A stretch of DNA of 64,000 nt, from positions 1-64,000 of the IMG/VR virus record IMGVR_UViG_3300031992_000076; one strand, given 5' to 3'. The notes beneath the pieces were generated by a model, which saw only the letters and a list, made by a program, of their open reading frames with translations, was not told the DNA's origin and ran no database searches. This DNA is from a virus (Duplodnaviria > Caudoviricetes). Position 1 is the first letter of the stretch, and every line of letters starts with the position of its first letter. This document shows positions 17,286 through 27,363 of the stretch, in pieces. The translations under genes and the position numbers were made by a program.

Positions 17286-17773
17286 ATACCTATATAATTC
17301 ATATGATGAATACGCTGATTTGTTGAGCCTCTCCATTTTAAGGTTAAATCTTTTTGTTCCTTAATAAAAGGCCCATCTATCAAAAAATTTATTTTACTTA
17401 AAATAAAATTAATTGTATCATTATTCTCTTTTTGTAAATCTTCTAATAAATATCCAGTCCAAATAAAAATTTTAATATGTGGGAATCGCATTCTCACATA
17501 TTTAATAATATCTTTAACTAACTCCCTATTTTCTGGGCAAAGAGGCTCTCCGCCTAAAATAGATAAATTTCTTTGCACTCCATTTGCAACAAGAGCCATA
17601 CAAATTTGTTCTTTTATGTTTTCTGGAAGCGGGAAGCCACCTTTAAAATTCCATGTTTCTGGATTAAAACATCCAGAACAATGATGGGGACATCCTTGCA
17701 CCCAAAAAGATACACAAATGCCCTCACCATTTACAACATCATTTTTATTTAATGCCGCATATCTATACTCCAT
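17282..17773 (-). CDS. nrdG: Anaerobic RNR activating enzyme (radical SAM); likely start MEYRY at 17773
   Basis: VSFWVQGCPHHCSGC (CxxxCxxC), SILGGEPL, FLIDGPF, WRGSTNQRI. Confidence 0.95.
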   Translation of the reverse strand: MEYRYAALNKNDVVNGEGICVSFWVQGCPHHCSGCFNPETWNFKGGFPLPENIKEQICMALVANGVQRNLSILGGEPLCPENRELVKDIIKYVRMRFPHIKIFIWTGYLLEDLQKENNDTINFILSKINFLIDGPFIKEQKDLTLKWRGSTNQRIHHMNYIGI

Positions 17774-18911
17774 TATTTTTTTCTCCCATTTGAAGTTTTT
17801 TGCTATGAACATAGCGGTCTTCAACTTCTGCTTGTTTACCTAAATTAAAAGAAGATTTGTAATCTCCAGTTAAATACCCTGTCACTCTACGTAAATGTTG
17901 TATATGGCTGCCGCCGCATTGAGGACAGGTATCATTAATTAGTCCTGTATATCCACAATCTTGACATAAATCACTGGGTACGTTTAAAGCGAAATAGGGG
18001 ATATCTTTATCCATCGCATAATTTACAATAGTTTCGAGAGCATCTATGTTATCTAATATAGCACCTTCAAGTTCTACATAAGTAATACATCCCGCAGAAC
18101 TGTATCCTGTCAATTGAGATTCAATATCAATTTTCTCAAAAGGAGAAATTTCTTTCCAGACGGGTACATGCATGGAATTAGTAAAATATTCTCTATCACT
18201 TACATTAGGGATTTCTCCATATTGAGCTTTAAATTTCTGCATACTAGTATAGCAGAGGTTTTCAGCTGGAGTCATATATACACCAAAATTAAGTCTATAT
18301 TCTTCTTTAAACTCGGCACAACGGTCTTTAAATAATTGCTCTATCTGTTTAGCCAACCTCATACCTTTTTCTGTTGTGTGATCACATCCTATAAGAATTT
18401 GAAGTGTTTCGGCTAAGCCAATTTGACCTAATGCAAGTGTGCCATGCTTTAAAGCGCTACGAATACCTTCTTCTGGAATATATCCTGCCATTACATTATT
18501 TTCATACATAAATTTTGCGGAAGATGGATCTTGACTACATATATATTCAAAACGCTCAATCAATCCATCTTTAGTGTCATGAATTGCTTCATCAAGAAGT
18601 TCCATAAAATCTGTTATCAAATCTTTTATATTATCATTTGGTCCAGCTTCTTTTAAAGTTTTATTATAATATTCTTTTGCTTCCATGGCTATCGTTGGAA
18701 GAATTATAGTTGCAGGACATATATTACCTCGTCCATCTTTTTGAGCAGCAGAAATATAATTATCATATAAATATCCTGTTTCTATTACTGATTGAATATT
18801 CATTTGGTAGGAATTGAACGCGTTAATGTCTGCCCCATTCTGGGTTCTGCATCCCATGGTCGAGAACAATTCTACCGGAGTCTCGGTCTGTTTAATTCTT
18901 ATTTTTTTCAT
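17763..18911 (-). CDS. nrdD: Class III RNR NrdD, C-terminal piece (382 aa); own RBS AAGGAGG, start ATG about 18911 (alternative 18917)
   Basis: Contains FSTMGCRT (finger-loop Cys), DGRGNI, TPAENL, Zn ribbon CQDCG…CPQCG and glycyl-radical RRVTGYL. Confidence 0.9.
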   Translation of the reverse strand: MKKIRIKQTETPVELFSTMGCRTQNGADINAFNSYQMNIQSVIETGYLYDNYISAAQKDGRGNICPATIILPTIAMEAKEYYNKTLKEAGPNDNIKDLITDFMELLDEAIHDTKDGLIERFEYICSQDPSSAKFMYENNVMAGYIPEEGIRSALKHGTLALGQIGLAETLQILIGCDHTTEKGMRLAKQIEQLFKDRCAEFKEEYRLNFGVYMTPAENLCYTSMQKFKAQYGEIPNVSDREYFTNSMHVPVWKEISPFEKIDIESQLTGYSSAGCITYVELEGAILDNIDALETIVNYAMDKDIPYFALNVPSDLCQDCGYTGLINDTCPQCGGSHIQHLRRVTGYLTGDYKSSFNLGKQAEVEDRYVHSKKLQMGEKNNGV

Positions 18912-19455
18912 TCTCATAATCCTCCTTAAACTTCCAAATATAACCTCCAGCAGTTTTTTGTTTTCCATGAAGCACGGTTGAAATGCCACCTTTCCAAATA
19001 TTATTTTTTTCTCCTGCTTCAAGAACACTATCATATTCCGCAATAAAATTACCTTTTAAATCAAGTTGCACGACAGGTTTTTTAGGAGGTCTACCTTTAA
19101 AACCATTAGCCTTCGCGGATTCATATTGATGTTGACGAGCAAGAGGAAAAGAAACATTTTCTGCATGAGTACACCATCTTAAATTATTTACATTATTATT
19201 TAATTTATTGCCATCTATATGGTCTACTTTATTTCTACCTAATTTAATATCTTCTTCGGTTTTTGGAATAAAAGTTTCAGCAACTATTTTATGTACCATT
19301 CCAAAACTTAGGGCATAATAGCCCCAATCATTAATTTTTAACTCTATTAAGTTTCCATCTCTTTTTATGTTGCCAAAATTAGAAACTTCCCAAGTACTAG
19401 CATAAGGATGCTTATCATCTTTTAAATCTCTAAACACTTTCCATATTTCTTTCAT
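18892..19455 (-). mobile_element. Free-standing HNH homing endonuclease (NUMOD4-HNH-NUMOD1/IENR1-type), 187 aa, inserted in nrdD
   Basis: KEIWK…WEVSNFGNIK; VHKIVAETF…VDHIDGNKLNNNVNNLRW; KKPVVQLDLKGNFIAEYDSV…AGGYIWKF; RBS GAGGAGG lies inside the last nrdD-N codons. Confidence 0.9.
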
Positions 19456-19456
19456 A

Positions 19457-20833
19457 TTAAGCATCCTCCTCTTCGTAAATTTCAAGCATTAAAATATTTT
19501 GTAATTCAGGATTTTCTTCTAATCTTTGAATTAAAATACTATATTGACTTTCAGATAAAGAATTTATATATTCTTCTTTTTGTTTTCTATCATAGCTTAT
19601 CCAATCTTTCTGCATTTGAACATCGCAGTTCGCGTAATTAGGATACAATCTCTTGGCCGTAGATTCAAGAGCTAATCTATATAAATCATAATTCGGGTCA
19701 CCAGGTTTGCGATTCACACCACTCATACATTGGAATATTGAACAAGGGAAGATAGGAGTTTTATGGAACTTGCCCACACCCTTTATGCTTCCTTCAAGAA
19801 GAGCTTTTATTACCATTCTACCCTCGGGAAGGGTGCATGTACCAAAGTTGATACTTGTGAACGGGAGCTGATTTCCCGACCTAGATTGGAGAGTATTGAG
19901 GTTGTGAAACATTCCCTCAACTGCCTGCTGTGTTTCTTTAATTGTCATATCCATAGCATATTTATATACTTTGGGAAACATTTTATATTCTGGGGCATCA
20001 ATATTCATTTCTTCTGCAGATTTCCAAGTATCTATAACTCCATCACTTGTTTCTTTAAATATACTTGCATCTTCTATATAATACATTCCATCTTTGAAAT
20101 GCTTTCTAAAGCTTTTTCTAACATATGGAACCATAGTCCAATCTAAATGAGTCGCAGCGACTCCGCCAAATTGCTGTAGAGACTGAAGCTGAAATATCAC
20201 AGCTATAAGTTGAAATGCGGTGTTTACACTATTTGCAGGACGTACATCTGTTTGTCTTGTATTAAAACCTTTTGCAAGTAAATCATCAAAAGGGATAGAA
20301 AGACAGTTATGATCACCGAGTGCATAATCTGATAAATCATGAATATAAATTCTATTATTTACATGATTAAATTTTGCTTTTTCAGATACGCAATTATCAA
20401 GTGCATATTCTTTCATTAGTACAGAGTCAGCTTCTCCTTTGCGCCCCCCAAAACTATGTTCATCAAGATTTGCATTTTGATTTTGAACATTCGTGGCTTG
20501 AAGTTTTTCTTTGATAACCTCCATCATATGGTTATTCCATTTACGAACTTTATCTCGATCATGGCGGTATTCAATGTAGGCAGTTGCTACATCTTTTCTC
20601 TTTGTAGACATAAGTCCATGCTCAACAAGAGTTTGAATATCATCAATAGTCAGTTCATTGGGTAAGCCACTCATATATCCTTCAATATAATCTGCAATAT
20701 TTTGAGCCTTATCTTCTGCATATTCAGAAATATCTCCATCTACATCTTTAAAAGCGGCAAGAACAGCATCTTTAATTTTTTGTGGATTAAATAGTTGGCG
20801 AGTACCATCTCTTTTTATAATATAAAAATCCAT
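19457..20833 (-). CDS. nrdD: Class III RNR NrdD, N-terminal piece with ATP-cone (458 aa; start MDFYIIKRDG)
   Basis: ATP-cone, NANLDEHSFGG, YIHDL…HNC, QSLQQFGGV, QAVEGMFHNLNTLQSRSGNQLPFTSINFG, RLYPNYANCD. Confidence 0.9.
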   Translation of the reverse strand: MDFYIIKRDGTRQLFNPQKIKDAVLAAFKDVDGDISEYAEDKAQNIADYIEGYMSGLPNELTIDDIQTLVEHGLMSTKRKDVATAYIEYRHDRDKVRKWNNHMMEVIKEKLQATNVQNQNANLDEHSFGGRKGEADSVLMKEYALDNCVSEKAKFNHVNNRIYIHDLSDYALGDHNCLSIPFDDLLAKGFNTRQTDVRPANSVNTAFQLIAVIFQLQSLQQFGGVAATHLDWTMVPYVRKSFRKHFKDGMYYIEDASIFKETSDGVIDTWKSAEEMNIDAPEYKMFPKVYKYAMDMTIKETQQAVEGMFHNLNTLQSRSGNQLPFTSINFGTCTLPEGRMVIKALLEGSIKGVGKFHKTPIFPCSIFQCMSGVNRKPGDPNYDLYRLALESTAKRLYPNYANCDVQMQKDWISYDRKQKEEYINSLSESQYSILIQRLEENPELQNILMLEIYEEEDA

Positions 20834-20901
20834 TAAATTTACCTCCCTAATTATTATTATTTTAAGGTTTGTAAATATATTTGAAAAACACAATATATTG
20901 T

Positions 20902-21144
20902 TTAACTATTTTTGTCCTGTTGAAGTTCTAGCATACGACGGCAAATATACCATTTAGCTTTTTCTAAATCTTCAATTTCTTTAGAGGGATCTTTTCGTCC
21001 AGCTCTAGAAATATATTTAATAGCATTACCAAGACAAAAACCCAATTCCCAATCTTCAATTACCTCAATTGGTTCATATTTACGATTAGCCGTATAATGA
21101 GCAGGTTTATTTATATTATCATAATTTTGATTTACATTATCCAA
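20902..21144 (-). CDS. DUF3310-like phage protein, 80 aa
   Basis: NKPAHY…EPIEVI…FCLGNAIKYI.RAG.K…EDLEKA.WY. Confidence 0.85.
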   Translation of the reverse strand: MDNVNQNYDNINKPAHYTANRKYEPIEVIEDWELGFCLGNAIKYISRAGRKDPSKEIEDLEKAKWYICRRMLELQQDKNS

Positions 21145-21445
21145 GAATATCTTCTCCTTTTTTGGTTATTGTAGCACCTAAAATTTTTTGTCCACAAAAC
21201 ATCATATTTAAAATACCATCTAAATCATCAAATAAAATTTCTTCTTTGCGTCCCTTACATCCAATAGACATATAAGAACTCCAGCTCATTGGCTGTATAA
21301 TAGATAAATTCATTTTTTGAGATTGCTTTAAAATATTATTAGCTGCTATTTCTGTAGTGGTGATAATTCTTGCATTGGTAAAATGACTTAATATTATTAA
21401 TGAAGTTGTTTTTCCTTGACCTCTAAATAATTCAATTATTTTCAT
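21137..21445 (-). CDS. Small P-loop-like protein, 102 aa
   Basis: FRGQGKTT Walker-A-like and ILFDD Walker-B-like segments; too short for a full helicase. Confidence 0.55.
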   Translation of the reverse strand: MKIIELFRGQGKTTSLIILSHFTNARIITTTEIAANNILKQSQKMNLSIIQPMSWSSYMSIGCKGRKEEILFDDLDGILNMMFCGQKILGATITKKGEDILG

Positions 21446-21505
21446 TTGTTTTCTCCTATGCGGCGGCCAGTTAGAGATCTTAGGGTCTCGTCCCGGCGCC
21501 TGCTT

Positions 21506-24500
21506 TTATTCATCATAATCATCTTCAAAAATTCCATTTGAAGTGGTAGCTCTTTCATGTTGTAACTTTATATCTGAACCAATAATATCTGTAATCAAAT
21601 AGAGCTGGTGCCCGATAGTTCTACTATATGTTTTTGCTACCATAGTATCATCTCGCCGAAATCCAGTAATCATGAGTTTTGTACCTCGTTTAAACCATCC
21701 GCGTTCGACAATTTTTTTCGTTCCATCAGGTTGAAGTTCACTAATCTGGCGTTTAAACATACTATAATATTCTCCAGTAAACTTAACATTCACTACTCCA
21801 GTTGTAGTTAAAAGACTTATACTATGACGATTATCATTTTTTGTAAGTACTGTTCCTGCTATTCTATATAATTTATAAATAGGAATATTATTATTACCAC
21901 GCTTCCAAAAATATTCCACTTCTTCAGACTGAAGTTGATTAAAATCTACTATATTATATTTTTTATTATCTACATCTATTAATTCATGAGGGCCGTGATA
22001 AAAGCATAATGCATCCATCTCCCAGGCGGAAGGTGTTCCCGCAGCATATTTTTTCCAAACTTCCATAAATAATATATCATTATATTTATTTAATACATAA
22101 GTTTGATTTTCTTTTAACCAATCTCGTGCTTTATCCATATATATCTGATAAATGTTATCCCATTCCCGCTGATTAATGCACATCTTTTCATCTATTGTTT
22201 TTATTTTATCTGAATATGCAGATAAAAATTTATTAATAAAATCAATAGCCGTATTATCTAAAATAAACCATTCTTTATACTTAAATGCTTTTAAATATTT
22301 ATTAAAATTAAATATTCTTATTTGCATTTCTAATTCTTTAGGAACTAAACCATGCAAAATTAAACCATTAAAATTCTGAAGTGTTAATCTTTTTTTAGGT
22401 TCACATATTTGAGATATATAATATGCCATTATTTCTTTTCTATTGTTTAATTTAGTTTCTATTTCATCAAATGCCCCACTTTTAATTAACATTATCATTG
22501 GAACTTTTGTAAGCGGGCATCGAACCATGAAATCTTTAATTCCAGTATAAGGGCGCCCGCCCTTTATCTTCTCTATTGTTTCAGCATTTACATTACTTAA
22601 TGCTTTTAATCCATAAAGAATTCTATTATTTGCTATATCTGGTTCGAATCCATAATCAGATGTATTTATATTAACAAGAGAAACTTCAATACCATGAGAA
22701 GTGATTTCACCAATAGCTTTAGCCACTTTAGCAAAATCTGTACCTTTCTCTTTTTTCTTTACAGTTCCTTCTTCATCTTCATCATATTGATCATTATCTT
22801 CTTCAAGACTACCGCTATTAACTACTAAACAAGCCGTATCCCAATATATAGGATTCCATCGTGTAGCTAAATATGCAGTTTGATATCCGATGAATGAGTA
22901 TGCTGTTGCATGAATCACGCTAAAAGAATATCCCATCTGGGGTCCTACACCACATTCCCAAATATATTTGCCTAACATGGCGGATGATGCCTGATTCATA
23001 ATTTTTTCTTTTAATTCTGGAATTTTAGACATTTGTTTTTTACCAACTATTTTTCTTGCCGCATTTGCTTCAGCAAGAGTAAAGTGACAAATATCTTCAT
23101 CCATAAGCATCATCATTAACTGCTCCTGTGAGGGTGGAACTCCATATGAAGATTTGAAGTATGGTTCAACCGCTTTAATTTCATTATCAGTTAAATGAGC
23201 TTTTTTCATTTCATCATACCAAAGTTTAATATTATTCTTGTAACGAATATATTTATCCATTGGCGTTTCTGCACCTTTTTCAGCAGTCATAAGTCGCATC
23301 AAACCATTTGCGTCACTTAACTCAATCATGTTCTTTGGTGCAATTTTCTTAGCGGCTTGGCTTCCTATATCTGAATCAAACTGAAAGATATTTAAAATCT
23401 TTCCTTCTTGAATATTCTTCCATGTTGCTTCATCTTCTATATCTAAAACATCGGGATGAAAGTATTTATTATATACTTCTCTTAATGTTAAATCTTTTTC
23501 AATTTCTCCATTCTCTTGTAAAAACTTAATACATTGTGCAATCTTATCCTGTACTTCTGTTAACAAGAAATCGTACTTCGTCATACCTGCGGCCTCCGCC
23601 ATATGCAAGTCGTACTGAGTTGTAATTTCCCCATTTGGCGCTTTCATGAAACAACCAAATTCATATGGATCTTCATCAAACAAAATTACACCAGATGCAT
23701 GAATACCTCTACGAGAGATAAGTCCTTCAATACCTAACATAATATCAAGAAGACCTGGATAATTATTAACTTCATTAATAAAAGTCGTAACTGGCTTTCT
23801 ATCTTTTTCTGGATTGCCATATATTACTTCTTTTAACGTCCATAAAAATCCTCTCTCTTGTGGAATGAGTGAACTAAGATACTGCGCTGTGTCAACATCA
23901 ATTCCATTAGGATAATTTTCAGAACGATAACCTCTACAACTTGTTAAAATCGTACTCTTTGTAGTTTCGGTCCCATATGTGGCGACCATCGTGCATCCCA
24001 GGTTCTTGCGAGATATTTCATCTATTTCAGGTTTAAAATTCTTACCACGCTCTTCTTTAATTTTCTGAATGATAATAGGTCTTTTACTAGGACATAAATC
24101 CAAATCTATATCACCTAACTCAACTCGTTCTTTATTCAAATATCTCCAGAATGGGAAGTTCCATTTCAAGGGGTCGAGCTGTGTAACACCTAATAAATAA
24201 TGATTAAGACCAGAACAAGATGAACCACGTCCCGCACCTACTATCGAACCACATTCCCAAAACATATCTACATAATGAGCAAGAGTTATAGGATAAAGAA
24301 AAAGGTTAGTATGAAGTTTTTCGCTAATAACTTTTTTAATATCAGCTTCTTCTTCAAGTCTTTCTAAATATCTTGTTTCAAATAAATTTTTTTCTTTTAA
24401 TTTATTTATACAAGTATTTACCCAATATCTTTCAGCTTTATCATCAGAAGAAAACATTGAATTAAGAGTAGGATATTTTTCTGATGCTTTACCCATTACT

Positions 24501-25447
24501 TTTTTAGGATAATCTTGCACTTCAACACTAGGTATAGTTTGAGGATGAGTTAAATCATACCATTCTATTTTATCATATATCTCCATACTATTAGCATACA
24601 TAATATCAATTAAATCACCAATAGAAGGAGCTAAATTTTCTTTTATATCATCATCAGTTTGAAGATAAGCATATTCATAAAACTGTGCGGTTTCACGCTC
24701 TCCACCTTTTGAATTAAGATATGCTTCATGTACATATCTATCTTCCTTTTTAAGATAATGAGCATCAGAACCAATTACCATTTTACAATTAAAAACTTGA
24801 GCTAATTCTACAAGTTTTTTATTCACGATAATTTGATCTTTACTAGCTCCAGGAGCACACTCTATATAAAAATCATTATTAAATAAATTTTTACACCACA
24901 ATACAAAATTGATGATATTCTGTTTTGCTTTCTCTGCTGTTTCATTATCACCAATTTTTCTTGCATTTTCCATTATTAATGTATTTCCAGATAATTCTCC
25001 GCCTATACATGCGGAAGTTGCAATTAAATGACCTGGATTTGCTTTAACTACTTTCTCAAGATCTGATTTTAAAGTTGGGACTCTTTCAAGTCCTCTATCA
25101 AAATATGAATTCATCCAAGCTAAAGATGATAATTCTCTTAATTGACGATGTCCTATTGCATCTCTAGCTAGAAGAATAAAATGCCAATATTTTTGACCAG
25201 ATTCTCTAGTATCTGTAAGATATATTTCATTTCCTAATGCTATTTTAAAATTAGGATTTGTTTCTCTTAATCCAGCCGCTATTTTATTAACCTCGATATG
25301 GCAACCAAGAATCTCGTGATCTGTAATTGCTATTCCAGCTAACCCAATTTCAACCGCCCTTTTTATTAACTGATCTGGACGATTGATACTGTCAAGTAGT
25401 CTTATATTGCTATACATCGTGTGCGAGTGCGGTTCAAACCTAAGCAT
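21506..25447 (-). CDS. dnaE: DNA polymerase III alpha subunit (family C), 1313 aa, with intact PHP domain
   Basis: PHSHT…AITDHE…GNEIY…HFILLA…SDAHY; GAGRGSS; DIDLD catalytic motif; RGIHASG; KYDFL; GYSFS..HATAYS. Confidence 0.95.
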   Translation of the reverse strand: MLRFEPHSHTMYSNIRLLDSINRPDQLIKRAVEIGLAGIAITDHEILGCHIEVNKIAAGLRETNPNFKIALGNEIYLTDTRESGQKYWHFILLARDAIGHRQLRELSSLAWMNSYFDRGLERVPTLKSDLEKVVKANPGHLIATSACIGGELSGNTLIMENARKIGDNETAEKAKQNIINFVLWCKNLFNNDFYIECAPGASKDQIIVNKKLVELAQVFNCKMVIGSDAHYLKKEDRYVHEAYLNSKGGERETAQFYEYAYLQTDDDIKENLAPSIGDLIDIMYANSMEIYDKIEWYDLTHPQTIPSVEVQDYPKKVMGKASEKYPTLNSMFSSDDKAERYWVNTCINKLKEKNLFETRYLERLEEEADIKKVISEKLHTNLFLYPITLAHYVDMFWECGSIVGAGRGSSCSGLNHYLLGVTQLDPLKWNFPFWRYLNKERVELGDIDLDLCPSKRPIIIQKIKEERGKNFKPEIDEISRKNLGCTMVATYGTETTKSTILTSCRGYRSENYPNGIDVDTAQYLSSLIPQERGFLWTLKEVIYGNPEKDRKPVTTFINEVNNYPGLLDIMLGIEGLISRRGIHASGVILFDEDPYEFGCFMKAPNGEITTQYDLHMAEAAGMTKYDFLLTEVQDKIAQCIKFLQENGEIEKDLTLREVYNKYFHPDVLDIEDEATWKNIQEGKILNIFQFDSDIGSQAAKKIAPKNMIELSDANGLMRLMTAEKGAETPMDKYIRYKNNIKLWYDEMKKAHLTDNEIKAVEPYFKSSYGVPPSQEQLMMMLMDEDICHFTLAEANAARKIVGKKQMSKIPELKEKIMNQASSAMLGKYIWECGVGPQMGYSFSVIHATAYSFIGYQTAYLATRWNPIYWDTACLVVNSGSLEEDNDQYDEDEEGTVKKKEKGTDFAKVAKAIGEITSHGIEVSLVNINTSDYGFEPDIANNRILYGLKALSNVNAETIEKIKGGRPYTGIKDFMVRCPLTKVPMIMLIKSGAFDEIETKLNNRKEIMAYYISQICEPKKRLTLQNFNGLILHGLVPKELEMQIRIFNFNKYLKAFKYKEWFILDNTAIDFINKFLSAYSDKIKTIDEKMCINQREWDNIYQIYMDKARDWLKENQTYVLNKYNDILFMEVWKKYAAGTPSAWEMDALCFYHGPHELIDVDNKKYNIVDFNQLQSEEVEYFWKRGNNNIPIYKLYRIAGTVLTKNDNRHSISLLTTTGVVNVKFTGEYYSMFKRQISELQPDGTKKIVERGWFKRGTKLMITGFRRDDTMVAKTYSRTIGHQLYLITDIIGSDIKLQHERATTSNGIFEDDYDE

Positions 25448-25577
25448 TTATATCCCTCATTTCTTTTTCTTTTTTACTTTATATAATATTATAACATAAT
25501 TTTTTATAAAATGCAAGTATAAAAAGCAAGGCGGCAGCCACGTCCAATGTTTCTTTGGATTAAAACCGGCGCCCGCC

Positions 25578-26060
25578 TTAACATATTGGATACTTCAATT
25601 CTTTACAATTAAAGAATTTTTGTAAAGCATATCTTTCACTACATACATTATTTGGTGCTTCATAAACCATAAGTACAATAATTGGATCACAAGGTAAATT
25701 TAATTCTTTTTTAAATTTATTAGCACAATACTCAAATGCTTTTAAAGTTTTCTCTTTATCAACAAGAGAAGAAAGTAAAATGTAATATTCTTGCATACAT
25801 TCACATTGATAATTTTTATCTTGTGTTGCCCATAACGGACAAATTGAATGTTCTCCAATACACTCTTTAGTTCCATATTTTTGAACTATGAGAGGTTCAT
25901 ATCGAAGCCCGCACACTACACCCCTCTTGTCTAAAAAGTATTCTTCTTCATTTCGTGGTCTATACCAATCTGGATCACTAAGCGCCGTTGATACGGGTAT
26001 ATACCATTGTTTAAAATTTCTAATTTGATAAAAATATGAAGTGGCAATAAAAAAATTCAT
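25578..26060 (-). CDS. DUF488-like protein, 160 aa
   Basis: 'IATSYF…R…IPVS.A…P.WY…I.L..YE.P…C.ER..L..F' pattern. Confidence 0.55.
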   Translation of the reverse strand: MNFFIATSYFYQIRNFKQWYIPVSTALSDPDWYRPRNEEEYFLDKRGVVCGLRYEPLIVQKYGTKECIGEHSICPLWATQDKNYQCECMQEYYILLSSLVDKEKTLKAFEYCANKFKKELNLPCDPIIVLMVYEAPNNVCSERYALQKFFNCKELKYPIC

Positions 26061-26072
26061 ATCTATTTCCTT

Positions 26073-26855
26073 TTAACAAGTTATTATTGGTGAAGCTAAT
26101 GTACAATGACAAATTCCATTCCCACCATTACTAGGATGATTAGCGCAATTTATGCAGGGGGCGGGGACTGATGAATTATATGGTTCATTTATAATTTTAT
26201 CTAATTTAAAAGCAAAATCTTTACCAAAATATCTACTATATTCTTCTCTTTGTTCTTTTCTTTCTATAGCCTTATCAATAGTAACTCTATGATAATTGGG
26301 AATTTCTGATAAATATCCAGCTTCAATAACAGTTCTTAAATTGCATGGATACCATTGAGCAACATCAGATGCTAAATTTAAATGAGAAGTTCTATACTTC
26401 CCGCCTATATCATAATAAGTTGCGGTGGGTCCATTATGAATATGACCATGAATATTAAGAGTAAATTCTTCTAATCCATAAATTGGCTCATGGCTAAGTA
26501 ATATTCTATCTGCAATAAATAAAGGTCCAGTATATATTTCATCAAAATGGTCAGCTACTTTGCTTAATATATCATGATTGCCTGAAATAAGAACCTTATA
26601 ACATTTTAATTCATCTAAATATGTTGGATTACCTACATCTCCTAAATGAATAAGAGTATCACTTTTTTGTACATCTCTTTTTATTCTTTTCATATGCTCT
26701 TTAGGATTAATCCAATTAGGATTCATAATTTTACAATCATCATCAAAATGAGTATCTGATATTAAATAAATTGAACCCGTAGCAGACCATCTTTGAAATT
26801 GTGGATATAATGATTTAATCATCAGAATCACGCTCCTCAAATTTATCAAACTCAT
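26073..26855 (-). CDS. Calcineurin-like metallophosphoesterase
   Basis: ISDTHF, HLGDV, SGNHD, SHEP and HGHIH motifs. Confidence 0.9.
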   Translation of the reverse strand: MSLINLRSVILMIKSLYPQFQRWSATGSIYLISDTHFDDDCKIMNPNWINPKEHMKRIKRDVQKSDTLIHLGDVGNPTYLDELKCYKVLISGNHDILSKVADHFDEIYTGPLFIADRILLSHEPIYGLEEFTLNIHGHIHNGPTATYYDIGGKYRTSHLNLASDVAQWYPCNLRTVIEAGYLSEIPNYHRVTIDKAIERKEQREEYSRYFGKDFAFKLDKIINEPYNSSVPAPCINCANHPSNGGNGICHCTLASPIITC

Positions 26856-27006
26856 TTAACTCTTTTTCAATATCATTGATATCTGGAAGAAAATGCGCTT
26901 CACTCCAATCAACCCAATTATCAACTCCACAAGCTGACAATTCTTCATAAATTAAATTTCCTTCAATCAATTTTCTTAATTTATTTTCTTCAACTAATCT
27001 ATACAT
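26815..27006 (-). CDS. Hypothetical protein, 63 aa
   Basis: 'LSACGVDNW.W' family common in phages. Confidence 0.65.
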   Translation of the reverse strand: MYRLVEENKLRKLIEGNLIYEELSACGVDNWVDWSEAHFLPDINDIEKELNEFDKFEERDSDD

Positions 27007-27008
27007 TT

Positions 27009-27203
27009 TTATTTTCCCTGCTTACTTGATGATGTTGGCTTTAAAAAAGAGCTTATTAAACATAATACTAGCCAAATTCCTGTTGCTATTGGTAAACTAA
27101 AAGTAAGCCCAAAGCAAACACAAATTAATGCTATAATGCCTATTGTAATTCCCCAACTAAGAGCAATGCCTAATAAAATTAATAAAAGTCCAAGTAAAAT
27201 CAT
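27009..27203 (-). CDS. Small two-TM membrane protein, 64 aa
   Basis: Two hydrophobic helices; AAGGAG RBS. Confidence 0.65.
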   Translation of the reverse strand: MILLGLLLILLGIALSWGITIGIIALICVCFGLTFSLPIATGIWLVLCLISSFLKPTSSSKQGK

Positions 27204-27206
27204 AAG

Positions 27207-27362
27207 TCAAATCTCCTTTTCTTCAAGAATTTCATAAACAATATCAGGTTTATCTAATCCATAAATATGAATGCATTCTTCTACAGATTCTACTTCACAG
27301 CTTTGAGTTCTCCACTTATAATTTGATAATTTATCTTTAAATGCAAATGTTATCTTTTTCAT
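27207..27362 (-). CDS. Hypothetical protein, 51 aa (MKKITFAFKDKLSNYKWRTQSCEVESVEECIHIYGL…), not in ORF track
   Basis: AGGAG RBS; fills the gap exactly. Confidence 0.65.
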   Translation of the reverse strand: MKKITFAFKDKLSNYKWRTQSCEVESVEECIHIYGLDKPDIVYEILEEKEI

Positions 27363-27363
27363 T

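Noticed and set aside
18892-19620. Group I intron or intein in nrdD
   Set aside because: No non-coding space for P3-P9 core elements; both nrdD pieces and the HNH have their own RBS and stop; no intein terminal residues.
21137-21445. Terminase large subunit
   Set aside because: Only 102 aa; P-loop fragment without a nuclease domain.
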